From: Paraphysomonas bandaiensis
Taxonomy: Eukaryota > Protista > Chrysophyceae
Direction of reading: 5' to 3'
DNA length: 64,000 nucleotides
NCBI GenBank assembly: GCA_965644295.1
Contig: CBFFRP010000424.1
Location: 1-64,000 of the forward strand
A program made the translations under genes and the position numbers. The notes under the pieces are model-generated. The model did not search any database. It had not been told where the DNA came from and saw nothing but the letters and a program-made list of their open reading frames with translations. Positions 23,561-35,969 of the stretch are shown here, in pieces; the stretch's first letter is position 1, and every line of letters starts with the position of its first letter.

Positions 23561-26500
23561 CGAGACACTTACTACCCCCAGGCGGCGACATCCCAGGAGC
23601 CCCTCCATCCATGCTCACACATACCCCTTCCCCTACAACACGGACTACGACGTGCACTATGTACTAAAGTCAAACCAGAAACGGCGTACCTTCTTGAAAA
23701 GCACTAGAGAAGGACATCACACACGACGAATTCTTCTCCACCCTGCACTCCATCTCCTTCAACCGGGCCCCTGGGCCCTCCATGGTCTCATCCAACATGG
23801 TCAAATCCTGGCCTCCGACCATACAACAGGAAGCATTCATCCTCATCAAGTCGCTCTGGAAACACAAACACGTGCCTACTTGGTGGCGAGACAGAGTTAT
23901 GACCCCCATACTTAAGAAACCAGGAGAACCCTCCCTTTCCAACCTTCGACCAATCGGTCTGCTCGAAATATCACGGAAAATTTTGACAAGAATAATCTCT
24001 CACAGGATACTCACAGTCTGGGAGAAACAGAAGGAACTACATCCGTCCCAACATGGATATCGCTGGAGGAATGGCACTGACACGGCTATCATACGGGTAC
24101 TAGCTGCCTCAGAGGCAGCCAGACGTAACAATGCCCAACACATATGCACGCTCTGGGACTTCAAAAAGGGATTCGACTCCATAACGCCTAATCTAATGAG
24201 ACTAGCATGGGCACGGCTTGGAGTTCCCGATGCTGTGGTTGAATGGTTTGGCGACTTCGACGCTGGGGGGCCTCACATTCCCATGGAGGCCTTTCATGGC
24301 GAATAACATTGAGTCACGTTCGCTGGCAGACCTTTTAGCTACCGACGGACACTTCCTTGCACAGTTCGTACTAGGATTTGAGGCCGCGAGAGGTATCACA
24401 CAGGGGGGCACCGAATCCACGTGTGCCTGGGTTGCGCTACACGATATACTTCTTACATGGTTAGACCTAGATTTTAAAGCGATCTGCACCTTTTTCCCTC
24501 GACTACGGGAAAATCTCTCTCAGGTCAACCAAACCGGACACATCACCTTATACGACTGGAAATGGAGTCCCCAAACTGTACCAATATAAACGACTCATGA
24601 CACCTACAGACACAGACTCATACAATTGGTGTACACAATACCTAAAAGCAGCAGGCACACACCTGGAGATCAAGCACGCCTCAGCGGGTTGCAAAGTCAT
24701 GGTTATTGAGACCCAAATCATCCCCACTCTACTTTACAAGGCCACCAAGGCTTCATGGCCCCTATTATATCATAAGGAAATCGATTCCACCTGCGCAACT
24801 CTCTACAGGAAAGCACTGAGTCTAAGTCCTGGATACCCCACGGAATTGATTTACCTCTCCCTCAAGCATAATGGCCTTGGAATGAAACGCTTCTCAGATT
24901 CCGCTCAAGAACAAAAATGGGGCTCCCTACAGCGCGCCATATCCCTAGGTGGGGATGCAGGTGACGCAGCGCACCTTCTCCTATCACAGACAATTGCTCC
25001 GTACCCAAACTACCACCACTTTGCCTTAAGCCTACGGGAATGGGGTACTGAGGTCGGTCTCACGCTCCAACAACCCGACATTCCGGAACCTCAAGATACC
25101 CACACCCTGACCAACATTATCCGCACATTAGGGCTGGATGATGTAAACGCTGATACCAATCAGGCAATCTTCACAGACGGCTCATATACGCCTACAGCCC
25201 TCTCCCCGCGCCGCATTACGCATGTACACCCACGCACAAGATGGACACATCATGGAGGAGCGGCGGCCGTCTGGCTCCCCCCGGAGGATAAATGGAAGAA
25301 CGGTACCATAAAAATACTGCGATTAGAGACACCCTTCAGCGACGTACCTGGACTTGGCCCGTATGCATACGAACTCATGGGGGCTGCAATGGCGCTTATA
25401 CTATCTGCGAGGCTCCCTGCACACATACCGATAAACACGGACTGTAAGGCCGACGCACTCTCTCCCAGACGTCGGGCACTAGGACATCGAGCCAAAGGTG
25501 TACTGCTCGAAAGCATATTGCAGCAAATAACGAATGTACAAGGAACGTAGCCTGGGTACGATCACACCCCGAACGACGTACCTCGGATGAATCTGAATGG
25601 ACATACGAAGACAAAGGAATTTACATTGTGCAGCCGTGCTGCAAATTGTTCTTCAACAGTTACGTAAGAGAGGTGGGAAAAGGTAGTGTAACGCTGTGGC
25701 GTTCAACTATACTCCTGTGAGTGAGATTTTGGTGTCTATCTACTGGTGAGTGCTATGGCTATGGTTGGATACTTATATGGGCTACGCTAGGAAGAGTGAG
25801 ACCTCTTGCTGGTGATATATATTGTGTATATTATTATATGTATGCTTGCATGTACACTACACTATGCCTTACACTGCATGACATCATTGTATTGATACTG
25901 TATTGTATGCATTTACACTTATTACTACATCACCCACATAACTCACACCACACCACACATATATGACATAAATTATACATCTTATATATCATTGCATACA
26001 TACTACACTTCACACTTATAACACTGTATGCTGTGTTGGTACTGATTCTTCTCTAGCTGCAGATAGAAGGAATTAGATATCAATATAGTGTATTCACATT
26101 CATCTATACCTTCTTCTATCTCTATATGTATGTGTATTACCATCTATATCCATCATCACACTCTTGACACCTTGCATACTATATGGTATAGTGTACACGT
26201 GCTTGTATAAGATCTAAGTCTTGTCATAAGCGCGGTCTACATGTATACATGACATGAATATGACGTATGTATGATATATGTACACATTGTATCACCTGAG
26301 GGTCCATTTATCTTGTTATGAGGCCATACTCTCTGTGTGGTCTTCATATTCCTGTGGAGCGCAGTGGACTCTAACTTCTCGTTTTCATGATGTTTGGAGC
26401 CGTGGCTTGCGTCAGACGTCTGTCATTATGGACTTGACTAGTGTGCCAAGTGTCAACGTCTATCTCTTACTGGTTATGGAGCGTTGGCATGTATCTGCAA

Positions 26501-29500
26501 TGAGCGTTAAGAGCATCATCATCTTCAGTCTCTTCTCAACTGTTGTTTTTATCGTATGCTGTATTTACCGTATTTACTGTATTTGCTGTATACTCCTGGA
26601 TGCTACTCTGGTATGCGGGATGTATGAGACCTTGTACTCCTCTGTATATACGATTGTATGATGCTGTATATGATTCTGAGTATACAGTATTGTGCTGTTG
26701 TATATCTGTATATGGTCTATAGTACAGTGACGGTATATTGTCGAGTACAAGCATATGATTGGACAATATTCTCATTTTGGTGTGCTGGAGACTCTGTTGG
26801 TTGGAGTTGGTCTTCATAGCATTCTACGGGAGTGTTCCAGAAAACTGATATGTCCACATAATCAACCAAATCTTGTGAAATCTTTTGTAGAATATTGTTC
26901 TAGATGTTATTGTGTGCTTCTAGATAGCTTGTAGAACATGAGTGGTTCTTTGTGAGTTATTTTGTGTTATGCTTGCTGTTCAGAGTTTTGTTATTGTGCC
27001 TTACACCTTAACGCGTTTAGAGAGGTGTCTTTAAAACCGGGTGCAGCCACTATATATGAATAAATAATCAAAAATATAAGAATGAAGAAGGAAAAAGAAG
27101 AAGAATATGTTTGTTATTAAAGCCTCACAACAGCTCAGGCACCCCCAAGCTCTTATTTAAAGACACCTCTCTAAACGTGTTAAGGTGTAAGGCACTCTAA
27201 CAAAACTCTGAACAGCAAGCATAACACAAAATAACTCATGTATACATGTAGACCGCGCTTATGACAAGACTTATATCTTATACAAGCACGTGTACACTAT
27301 ACCATATAGTATGCAAGGTGTCAAGAGTGTAATGATGAATATAGATGGTGACACATATACATATAGAGATAGAGATAGAAGAAGGTATGAATGAATGTGA
27401 ATACACTATATTGATATCTAATTCCTTCTATCTGCAGCTAGAGAAGAATCAGTACCAACACAGCATAGAGATATAAGTGTGAAGTGTAGTATGTATGCAA
27501 TGATATATAAGATGTATAATTTATGTCATATATGTGTGGTGTGGTGTGAGTTATGTGGGTGATGTAGTAATAAGTGTAAATGCATACAATACAGTATCAA
27601 TACAATGATGTCATGCAGTGTAAGGCATAGTGTAGTGTACATGCAAGCATACATATAATAATATACACAATATATATCACCAGCAAGAGGTCTCACTCTT
27701 CCTACGGTAGCCCATATAAGTATCCAACCATAGCCATAGCACTCACCAGTAGATAGACATCCAAATCTCACTCACAGGAGTATAATTGAACGCCACAGCG
27801 TTACACTACCTTTTCCCACCTCTCTTACGTAACTGCTGAAGAAACGTTTGCAGCACGGCTGCACATTACCCTCTCTCATCTCTCTCTCTCATAGTTGTTA
27901 TCAATATGAACAGTCCATCGGACTCCTACACAATAATCCCAAATGCCAAGTCAAGCAAAATCCTGTCCTGATGAATCTTCTGGTAGAAAATGCTCCTTGA
28001 TACCACATGCTCCCGATCTCCTCTTCATAATATCTGATTGGACGATATTCTCATTTTGGTGTGCTGGAGACTCTGTTGGTTGGAGTTGGTCTACGGGAGT
28101 GTTCCAGAAAACTGATATGTCCACATAATCAACCAAATCTTGTGAAATCTTTTGTAGAATATTGTTCTAGATGTTATTGTGTGTTTCTAGATAGCTTGTA
28201 GAACATGAGTGGTTCTTTATGAGTTATTTTGTGTTATGCTTGCTGTTCAGAGTTTTGTTATTGTGCCTTACACCTTAACACGTTTAGAGAGGTGTCTTTA
28301 AATAAGAGCTTGGGGGTGCCTGAGCTGTTGTGAGGCTTTAATAACCAACATATTCTTCTTCTTTTTCCTTCTTCATTCTTATATTTTTGATTATTTATTC
28401 ATATATAGTGGCTGCACCCGGTGTTATACCTCGGGTTAGCTATAACATTGCTGACGCAGTAGCAGGAGAGGACTGGCTTGAGGTAGAAAGACTACTGGGA
28501 GGACAAAATTACACTGTCTGTAACATAGAAGTGGACCAAGCAATTGAGCGAATACTCACCGAGGGTTTATGGCACACTGGCGCCTAACCGGGGAACGACG
28601 GCCGCATCGCACGAGCCCCCTGCTTACGGACTTCCAATCCCTCCGCAGTCAACACGGATGCTGGAGGCATACACTGCCATCAGAGACTAACGCTACGGTC
28701 ACAATCCCGACCGGGCACCTGGATATTGGACCGACAGTGGGGCACTACTTCCGCGCAAACTGGCACAAGCAGATGGTGGTCCATCAAAGGACAAAGATAG
28801 TTCCCACCTGCGCCAGCGAGTACTCAATGAAGCATTGACATGGGACAAATCTTTCAGCATAGGAATAAACAGGGCAAAAACCAAACACGGACTCGACCTG
28901 GCTAAAGCCGCATGTTCTAACTGCGGATTTCGACTAGACTCACTCAAGCACATGTGTCTAGACTGTACAAATGACGCCATAACACAGATAAGGGAGTCTG
29001 CATTTCACAGTCACAAAAACGCGCTTCAAGACGAACTGAGAAATCCGGTACTACCCCAATGGACCACCACTGCACTATACAGCGGCTCTCCAGCAGGGCC
29101 TGGAATCCCTCCGTTCCGCAGGTGTGGAGAGATTCTGGACGGGTACTATCACAACTGCACAACTCGAAACGGTATTTGGAGATCACATCCATGAGACACT
29201 GTGACTCCCCAAGGACTGCGCAGCATCGAATCAGCGGTCATCAGATTACTTCTACCGCTTTTCGCTGCAGCAAAGCTAATGATCCAAGACCGAAGTAAAC
29301 GATACGTTACCCTGCTACCAAAAGGACCCCCGAGGCTACTACCGCAAAGGCGTCCAAAACATAGACAGAAAGGGAAACGTCCAAGGGTGCTACGATTACT
29401 AGGAATCATCCACAGACAAACAGAAACTGGAACACCGCCCACTGCACACACGCACCCCACCACTCATACACACAGGAAAACAGCACTGGACCGCATAAAA

Positions 29501-29958
29501 CCATATCAGGCCCTAGACAGCGGCGACGCCGTCTACGGCAACTCCACACATGTCTGACGCCCAGACGGTGCACGGAGACATCGCCACATTCCACCACACC
29601 ATCCACCTCTCAGCACACACAGCTAGTGCTAGTGCTGGACCTTAATGCAGAACCCTGTACCTCCGAGCCTGGTGGAATCTCATCCCAAGGGGAGACCCCC
29701 GGACAACGAGCGCCAGTGAGTCCTAAGACACACGAGCAGGGCGAAACTCACAAACAACACTAAAAGAACGGAAGTGGTCGCACCTTGGTGCTTGCGGCGA
29801 CGCACAAGCAGCTTCTGTAGCGTTAAATAGTAGGATAATAGAATTTGTGCTGAGTAGTTATGGGTAGCGGTCTAACTAGTATGTCTAGCATTCAACTAGC
29901 CACTATTTTGGTGCAGGTTTTTAACGCATATTGCTAAATAACAAGACTTTTATTATAC
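23561..29958 (+). mobile_element. 5'-truncated, degenerate non-LTR retrotransposon (RT + RNase H + CCHC), interrupted at ~25629-28450
   Basis: RT NLRPIGLLE, SQHGYR, WDFKKGFDSI, GITQGG (YADD segment missing); RNase H IFTDGS, YELMG, INTDCK, WVRSHPE, GIYI|ADAVA split by insertion; CSNCGFRLDSLKHMCLDC; 3' UTR 29656-29958 repeated elsewhere. Confidence 0.9.
25629..28450. mobile_element. Composite non-coding foldback insertion within the LINE RNase H
   Basis: ~625-bp inverted repeat 25627-26251/27236-27865; direct repeat 26758-27035/28037-28300; 27036-27240 inverse of ~28215-28421; GTGCAGCC termini; ACATTG at 25623-25628 and 28445-28450. Confidence 0.8.
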
Positions 29959-30060
29959 TACAAAAAGCTTCCAGAGTGTATAGTGTTTTTATGCACTTTT
30001 TCTCTGATATCGAAGTGAGAAGTACACCAGTTTGACGTATGAAGTATTGAAATTAATCTC

Positions 30061-31252
30061 TGTTATAGCAGGAAACATCATACATATGATAGTGATGTTT
30101 GATCGAAGAATATCGTCGCGTCGTGTTTGTTCTCAGTGCGTACCATGTGCTGAATGTTGTAGAGTGCAACACCATCGTTTCTAGATACTATGTTATGTTA
30201 TATATAATATGTAAGCAGCAATTTTGTTGAAGTATTGTTTCGAAGACCTAGTTACGACGGTAAATCGGTTGATTAATTCCGCAGGGAGGTTAAATAATAA
30301 TATTGTAATATAAATATTGCTATAATATATCTATTATTACAATATGTCTTGATATATATATTATCATTTATACTTGTGTGCCTTTTAATTACTTTTCATA
30401 TAACCCAACTATTATTACAATAATATCAAACAATTCTGATAATTACATATATGCAACTAAGAACGCTAATCATGTTCGATAATAGAATTCGAACTGTCTC
30501 TGTCTGTCAAGATATTCACCAAGTAGTAGTAAACTCTAAGCTTTTACGTGTGCTGTCCTCCGCGTAAAACTAATGACTGATCCAATATAGTTTTCTTATG
30601 ATCTGTAAGAGCATGTCAGTGTAAACAGTCAATAAGCTAGATGCAAGTAAAATGATCACCATATCCGCCCACTTTGGTCACAGCACAGCATTTACACACA
30701 GCATTCAGAAGTTAAAGACACCTCGAATGCAGCGTGAAGGAACAGGTTACTGCAATCTCCTTTCTCATGTCTCATAGCGGATGGGAAGTTATTGTTTGCG
30801 ATCATGATAGTGTGCGCTTCAAATACGATGGTCGACTTTTATGCACGTGATGTATATCAGCGAAGGCGAAAATATATATAAATAGTTGGAATGGGTCATC
30901 ATCATGGACGATCTTCCTTTCATATTTTCTGCGATAAACCTCTGACCAGATGAAAGCCAAGAGTATCATGATACACCCTTGCGAGAAGGAATGACCCCAC
31001 GATCTTCCTTTTCGCTGATCTTACTTTTCGCTTCAACAAGCACTTGCTGCATTGTTGTTGAGCTTATTCATCATCATGTTATAACCTCTACTATCTAGTT
31101 ACTATTTATCGAGCTAATGTTTTCTTCTTGTGCCCAAACTATATCAATATATTGCAACATATTTACTATTTATTATTGGTCTTTGTTGTCGGGCCCTGTA
31201 AACCCGGTGTTATATCAAAGAATACTTTTTGAGAAAATATGGGGCTATAACA
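30061..31252. mobile_element. Possible solo-LTR-like element (TGTTATAGC...GCTATAACA) interrupted by a hAT derivative
   Basis: 9-bp inverted termini with TG..CA; right part ACCCGGTGTTATA...GCTATAACA also seen at 28415-28447; no clean TSD. Confidence 0.4.
30282..31198 (+). mobile_element. Internally deleted hAT-like element
   Basis: CAGGG...GGCCCTG termini; degenerate 8-bp TSD TAATTCCG/TAAACCCG; internal TPRMQREGTGYCNLLSHV (BED-like); subterminal similarity to 63154-63916. Confidence 0.7.
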
Positions 31253-31619
31253 CATATCAATATCTGAATTGAAGCTCTATGGCAAGATGAAATGAATGGC
31301 GAGAAATGCATATCTCACTTTGAGGGTTGTGTGGAATTTATAATGAAATGATGTTAAGCATACTAGTGAAATGCATATTTTCAATTTAGTGTAGTAATCC
31401 TGACACGACTCGCAATACTACTGTATCAAGGCACTACCTGAAATAATTCACGGAACAATATTGTTATTTACTCGTCATCTACAGGACTAGCTACGATATT
31501 GGATATCGGTATAAATTCTTAGCTGTGATAACTCAATCCACTGCCGCACCATAACATCTTCTCTAACTACATCAATATATGAAACGGCGGATATCAAAAT
31601 AGCGGGATGAAAGCACATA

Positions 31620-34600
31620 TTAACTGTTCTCGGGTGGTTTTATTCCGCTCTTTTCGATGCAGTTGGCTGTAAACACTTTACTAAGAAGAGAAGTGTAGGA
31701 ATATAGAAGTGTTACCTTCAGCATGCCATCAGCAACAGCAACCATATGTGAAAACGGCGTCCCACCTGCTCCACCATCGGCATCGGTTGCAACACTCATT
31801 TGCTCCGACGCGCCTTCATCGTCCTCTTCATCATTATTAGGGTCACCGGCGTCCTCATCTTCCATGTCGTCGTCGCCCTCACCCTCAGCCTAAGCCATTA
31901 TTATTCTAGTAATCAATAGCGTAACACCGCACTCACCCCTCCCGCGTTGTCTCCCTCTTGGTCATCGTCGTCATCATCCTCCAACACGAGCTTTGGTGCC
32001 TTGTACTCGTCCACATCTCCAGTAGTATTCGCCGGGGTGTTGCTGTACAGCACACCTACACACACGAAATCAGGAAGACAGAATAATCTAATACATTCTA
32101 ATACCTAGATACTGACAGGCCAAAACAGTATCCTTCTCCGCATCGTGCAGACTGGGGGTCACAAACTGTATCCACGGTCAGACGCACCAAACCACAGAGA
32201 TCGTACATACCTGTAGGCGATATACTTCCTCGAGAGTGTGACTAAGGACAGTTGATACATGTGCCTGGTACAGTGCTGGAGACGTGCCACCAGGACGAGA
32301 GCGGTGGTACATGAATATACCAATCAGTCTAGCAATCGTATCGTCCGAAGAGAGGGCCTACACACAGTTGATTTAAAAGTAAAAATGAGAAAAATTAACT
32401 CACCTGCAGACACTTCAAGCTCTGCTGAACAATCTGTTGGCACAAAACGTTACAATAAGTAGAAAAAATATCATCGACAAACCTTGTCTAGTGTATACAA
32501 CGTATATGACTTATTCCCTAGAATATTTCGGCAGCTGTCTTCGTACCTGTGGAAATAGTCAAAAATATAACCTATAAGAAAGGGGTACGTACTTAGTAGC
32601 ATCAAGAGATCCATCGACCAGTGAGTATAGCTGGGACATGTACGTCGAGTACACCGATCTGATGCAGTTGTTAGCACAATAAAGAGTAAACAGTACCATT
32701 TGTAACCTTTTCGTACTGCTAACTTTCCTGCGCTTATTGGGTCTGATCGAGTCAGGTTCATCATGTGTTTCGACATCAGATTCGTCAAACACCTCCAACG
32801 CGTCGTCATTGCATGAAGTCATTTCGTATCTGCCCAGAAACTCTCCCTCCTGATACACGTCACTTAGATCGCAAAAGAGACTAATCTTTATACCTTAACA
32901 GTGGCCAGGCGTCGTGCATCCGCGAGTCTCATAGTCAGCGTATGATGTAAACGCAGGAACACATAACACATCTATCCATAATATCAAACGAACAAATCAA
33001 TAAATACACTACCAACCTGGGTGCCAAAAAATAGGAAACTAGGTTCTTGTACAAGTGCAGAATCCTTCAGGTCAGCTGGAGCACTCACATTCTGGATGAC
33101 ATCCTTGCCATTGTTATTTTTCGTTACCCCGATGGCCTACAATCACAGGAAAACAGCTAAATAAGGTGTCTTTCGTCTATGCATACGATACCTCCATGGC
33201 ACTCTCCGATAAAGATTCAGCCCCAATAATTCCTGTGATGGGCAAATAGCTTGTTCCGAAGCTTAATTTTACCTACAATGTGTATCAGTATCACCACACA
33301 AAGTTCTTTGAAAAATTCAAATACCTCATGAATCTTTGTTTCCGGGTTGTAACCAATCACGGTACCCACACCAAACGTTGTAATTACTCGTGCGCCAGGG
33401 GGCCATGACTCCACAGGGGCAGTCACACGAGACCCAGAACTTGGACTTTCGTCATACATAAAATGAACGGGCATATTCAATATAACCTATGGTAAGTAAA
33501 TGATTGATGCTATTTCACACTGTTGTACTGCACTTACTCTAAATAAATCACGCCATAGGGCTGCCATTTTCTCCTTTTCGTTAGCGGAAAAGGAAGAAGT
33601 CTGCATACGAAACCATTTACACGTATGCAAGATGGAATAAGTACATGTAAAGAACACTAACCTCAGTAGCGTAACTTAAAAGTTTGTAAACGTCCTTAAA
33701 TACCACGCGATCTGTATACAGCAACTCATCTCAAAACATGCACCAACGTTTTGTATGTACTATACCTTTGTTGTGGTATGTCAGATAAAGCTCCGCGTTC
33801 ATGCCAGCACACAAAGAAGAGATCTCCGGTGAACACGTGTAGGAAACACCAGGGATCATGCCCTCCTTGATATCTGTTGTCTGGTCTACAATATCGCAGT
33901 GAGCCCAATATACAAACACAATGAATAACACACCTTTGATATCGCCCACCAGAAAACGTGTTGTATAAGATCGCTTATCTTGTTGTCTGCAGAAAGCTGT
34001 CATTAGAAGTATAGGCGACCAACAGCTACAGACCTGAAATAGAACGAACGATGGTCCAGACTCTTGTCGTAATTCTTGACAAGGATTTCTTTCCACTGCA
34101 TCGATTACAATAGTTAAAGTATATATACGTATGATCTTCAGTACAAGGACCTGGTGATTTAGTTGTTGTCGTGCCTTACGCCACTCCAAATCCTTCTGCT
34201 TGAGTCGTTTAAGCACAACGGGAATAGCTCCTGCGGGATTCCTACGTAGCAGTTCTACAGAACACAGATCAGGTGATACTATATTCAACAAAAAGCCAAA
34301 TTACCTAATATTTCTGCCCCATGCTCCCCATACAAACGAGAAATAGCATTTAAATGCATGACACCCAAACTGCTTTTCTCCAACTACGATAGATTACACG
34401 CAAGACAAAATTACATTTATACAGCACCTGTAAAGAAAACTTCGGAGCACTACCCTGCTTATCCTCAAGAGATCTTACCGAAAAATGAGGCAATGAAAAA
34501 CAAGATATACATATACATACTTGAGGTTATTAATTTCTTCAGCAATTGGCTCCAATATACGAATGCAACTGGTGTTCGTATCAATAACCTATACAAGACA

Positions 34601-35232
34601 AGAAATGTTAGATCAAACAACATACCACAGCAAATTAACAGTGGTAAACGAAAAAGAGATACAAAGACCAGAAAAGGATATATATATATGTGTGTGTGTT
34701 CGCTCCCATCACTGCATATTAGAGTATCGTCAGCCAGTATGTCGGCACAGATCTTGGTATTGCTAATCATATGGGTCGTAAACACACAATCATCACTACA
34801 AAACATAGACCAAGGATATATATATATGTGTGTGTTCGCTCCCATCACTGCATATTAGAGTATCGTCAGCCAGTATGTCGGCACAGATCTTGGTATTGCT
34901 AATCATTTGGGATCGTAAATACACAATCATCACTACAAAACATAGACCAAGGATATATATATGTGTGTGTGTGTTCGCTCCCATCACTGCATATTAGAGT
35001 ATCGTCAGCCAGTATGTCGGCACAGATCTTGGTATTGCTAATCATATGGGTCGTAAACACACAATCATCACTACAAAACATAGACCAAGGATATATATAT
35101 ATATATGTGTGTGTGTTCGCTCCCATCACTGCATATTAGAGTATCGTCAGCCAGTATGTCGGCACAGATCTTGGTATTGCTAATCATATGGGTCGTAAAC
35201 ACACAATCATCACTACAAAACATAGACCAAGG

Positions 35233-35264
<32 letters not shown>

Positions 35265-35937
35265 TCGCTCCCATCACTGCATATTAGAGTATCGTCAGCC
35301 AGTATGTCGGCACAGATCTTGGTATTGCTAATCATATGGGTCGTAAACACACAATCATCACTACAAAACATAGACCAAGGATATATATATGTGTGTGTGT
35401 GTTCGCTCCCATCACTGCATATTAGAGTATCGTCAGCCAGTATGTCGGCACAGATCTTGGTATTGCTAATCATATGGGATCGTAAACACACAATCATCAC
35501 TACAAAACATAGACCAAGGATATATATATATATGTGTGTGTGTTCGCTCCCATCACTGCATATTAGAGTATCGTCAGCCAGTATGTCGGCACAGATCTTG
35601 GTATTGCTAATCATATGGGTCGTAAACACACAATCATCACTACAAAACATAGACCAAGGATATATATATGTGTGTGTGTGTTCGCTCCCATCACTGCATA
35701 TTAGAGTATCGTCAGCCAGTATGTCGGCACAGATCTTGGTATTGCTAATCATATGGGATCGTAAACACACAATCATCACTACAAAACATAGACCAAGGAT
35801 ATATATATATATGTGTGTGTTCGCTCCCATCACTGCATATTAGAGTATCGTCAGCCAGTATGTCGGCACAGATCTTGGTATTGCTAATCATATGGGATCG
35901 TAAACACACAATCATCACTACAAAACATAGACCAAGG

Positions 35938-35969
<32 letters not shown>

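Noticed and set aside
29662-29750. Hammerhead ribozyme (CCAGUGA-GUCCU..AGGGC-GAAAC)
   Set aside because: Core is CCAGUGA or CCGGUGA, not CUGANGA, there is no NUH site, and a simple GUGAGU/RCUCRC stem fits all three copies better.
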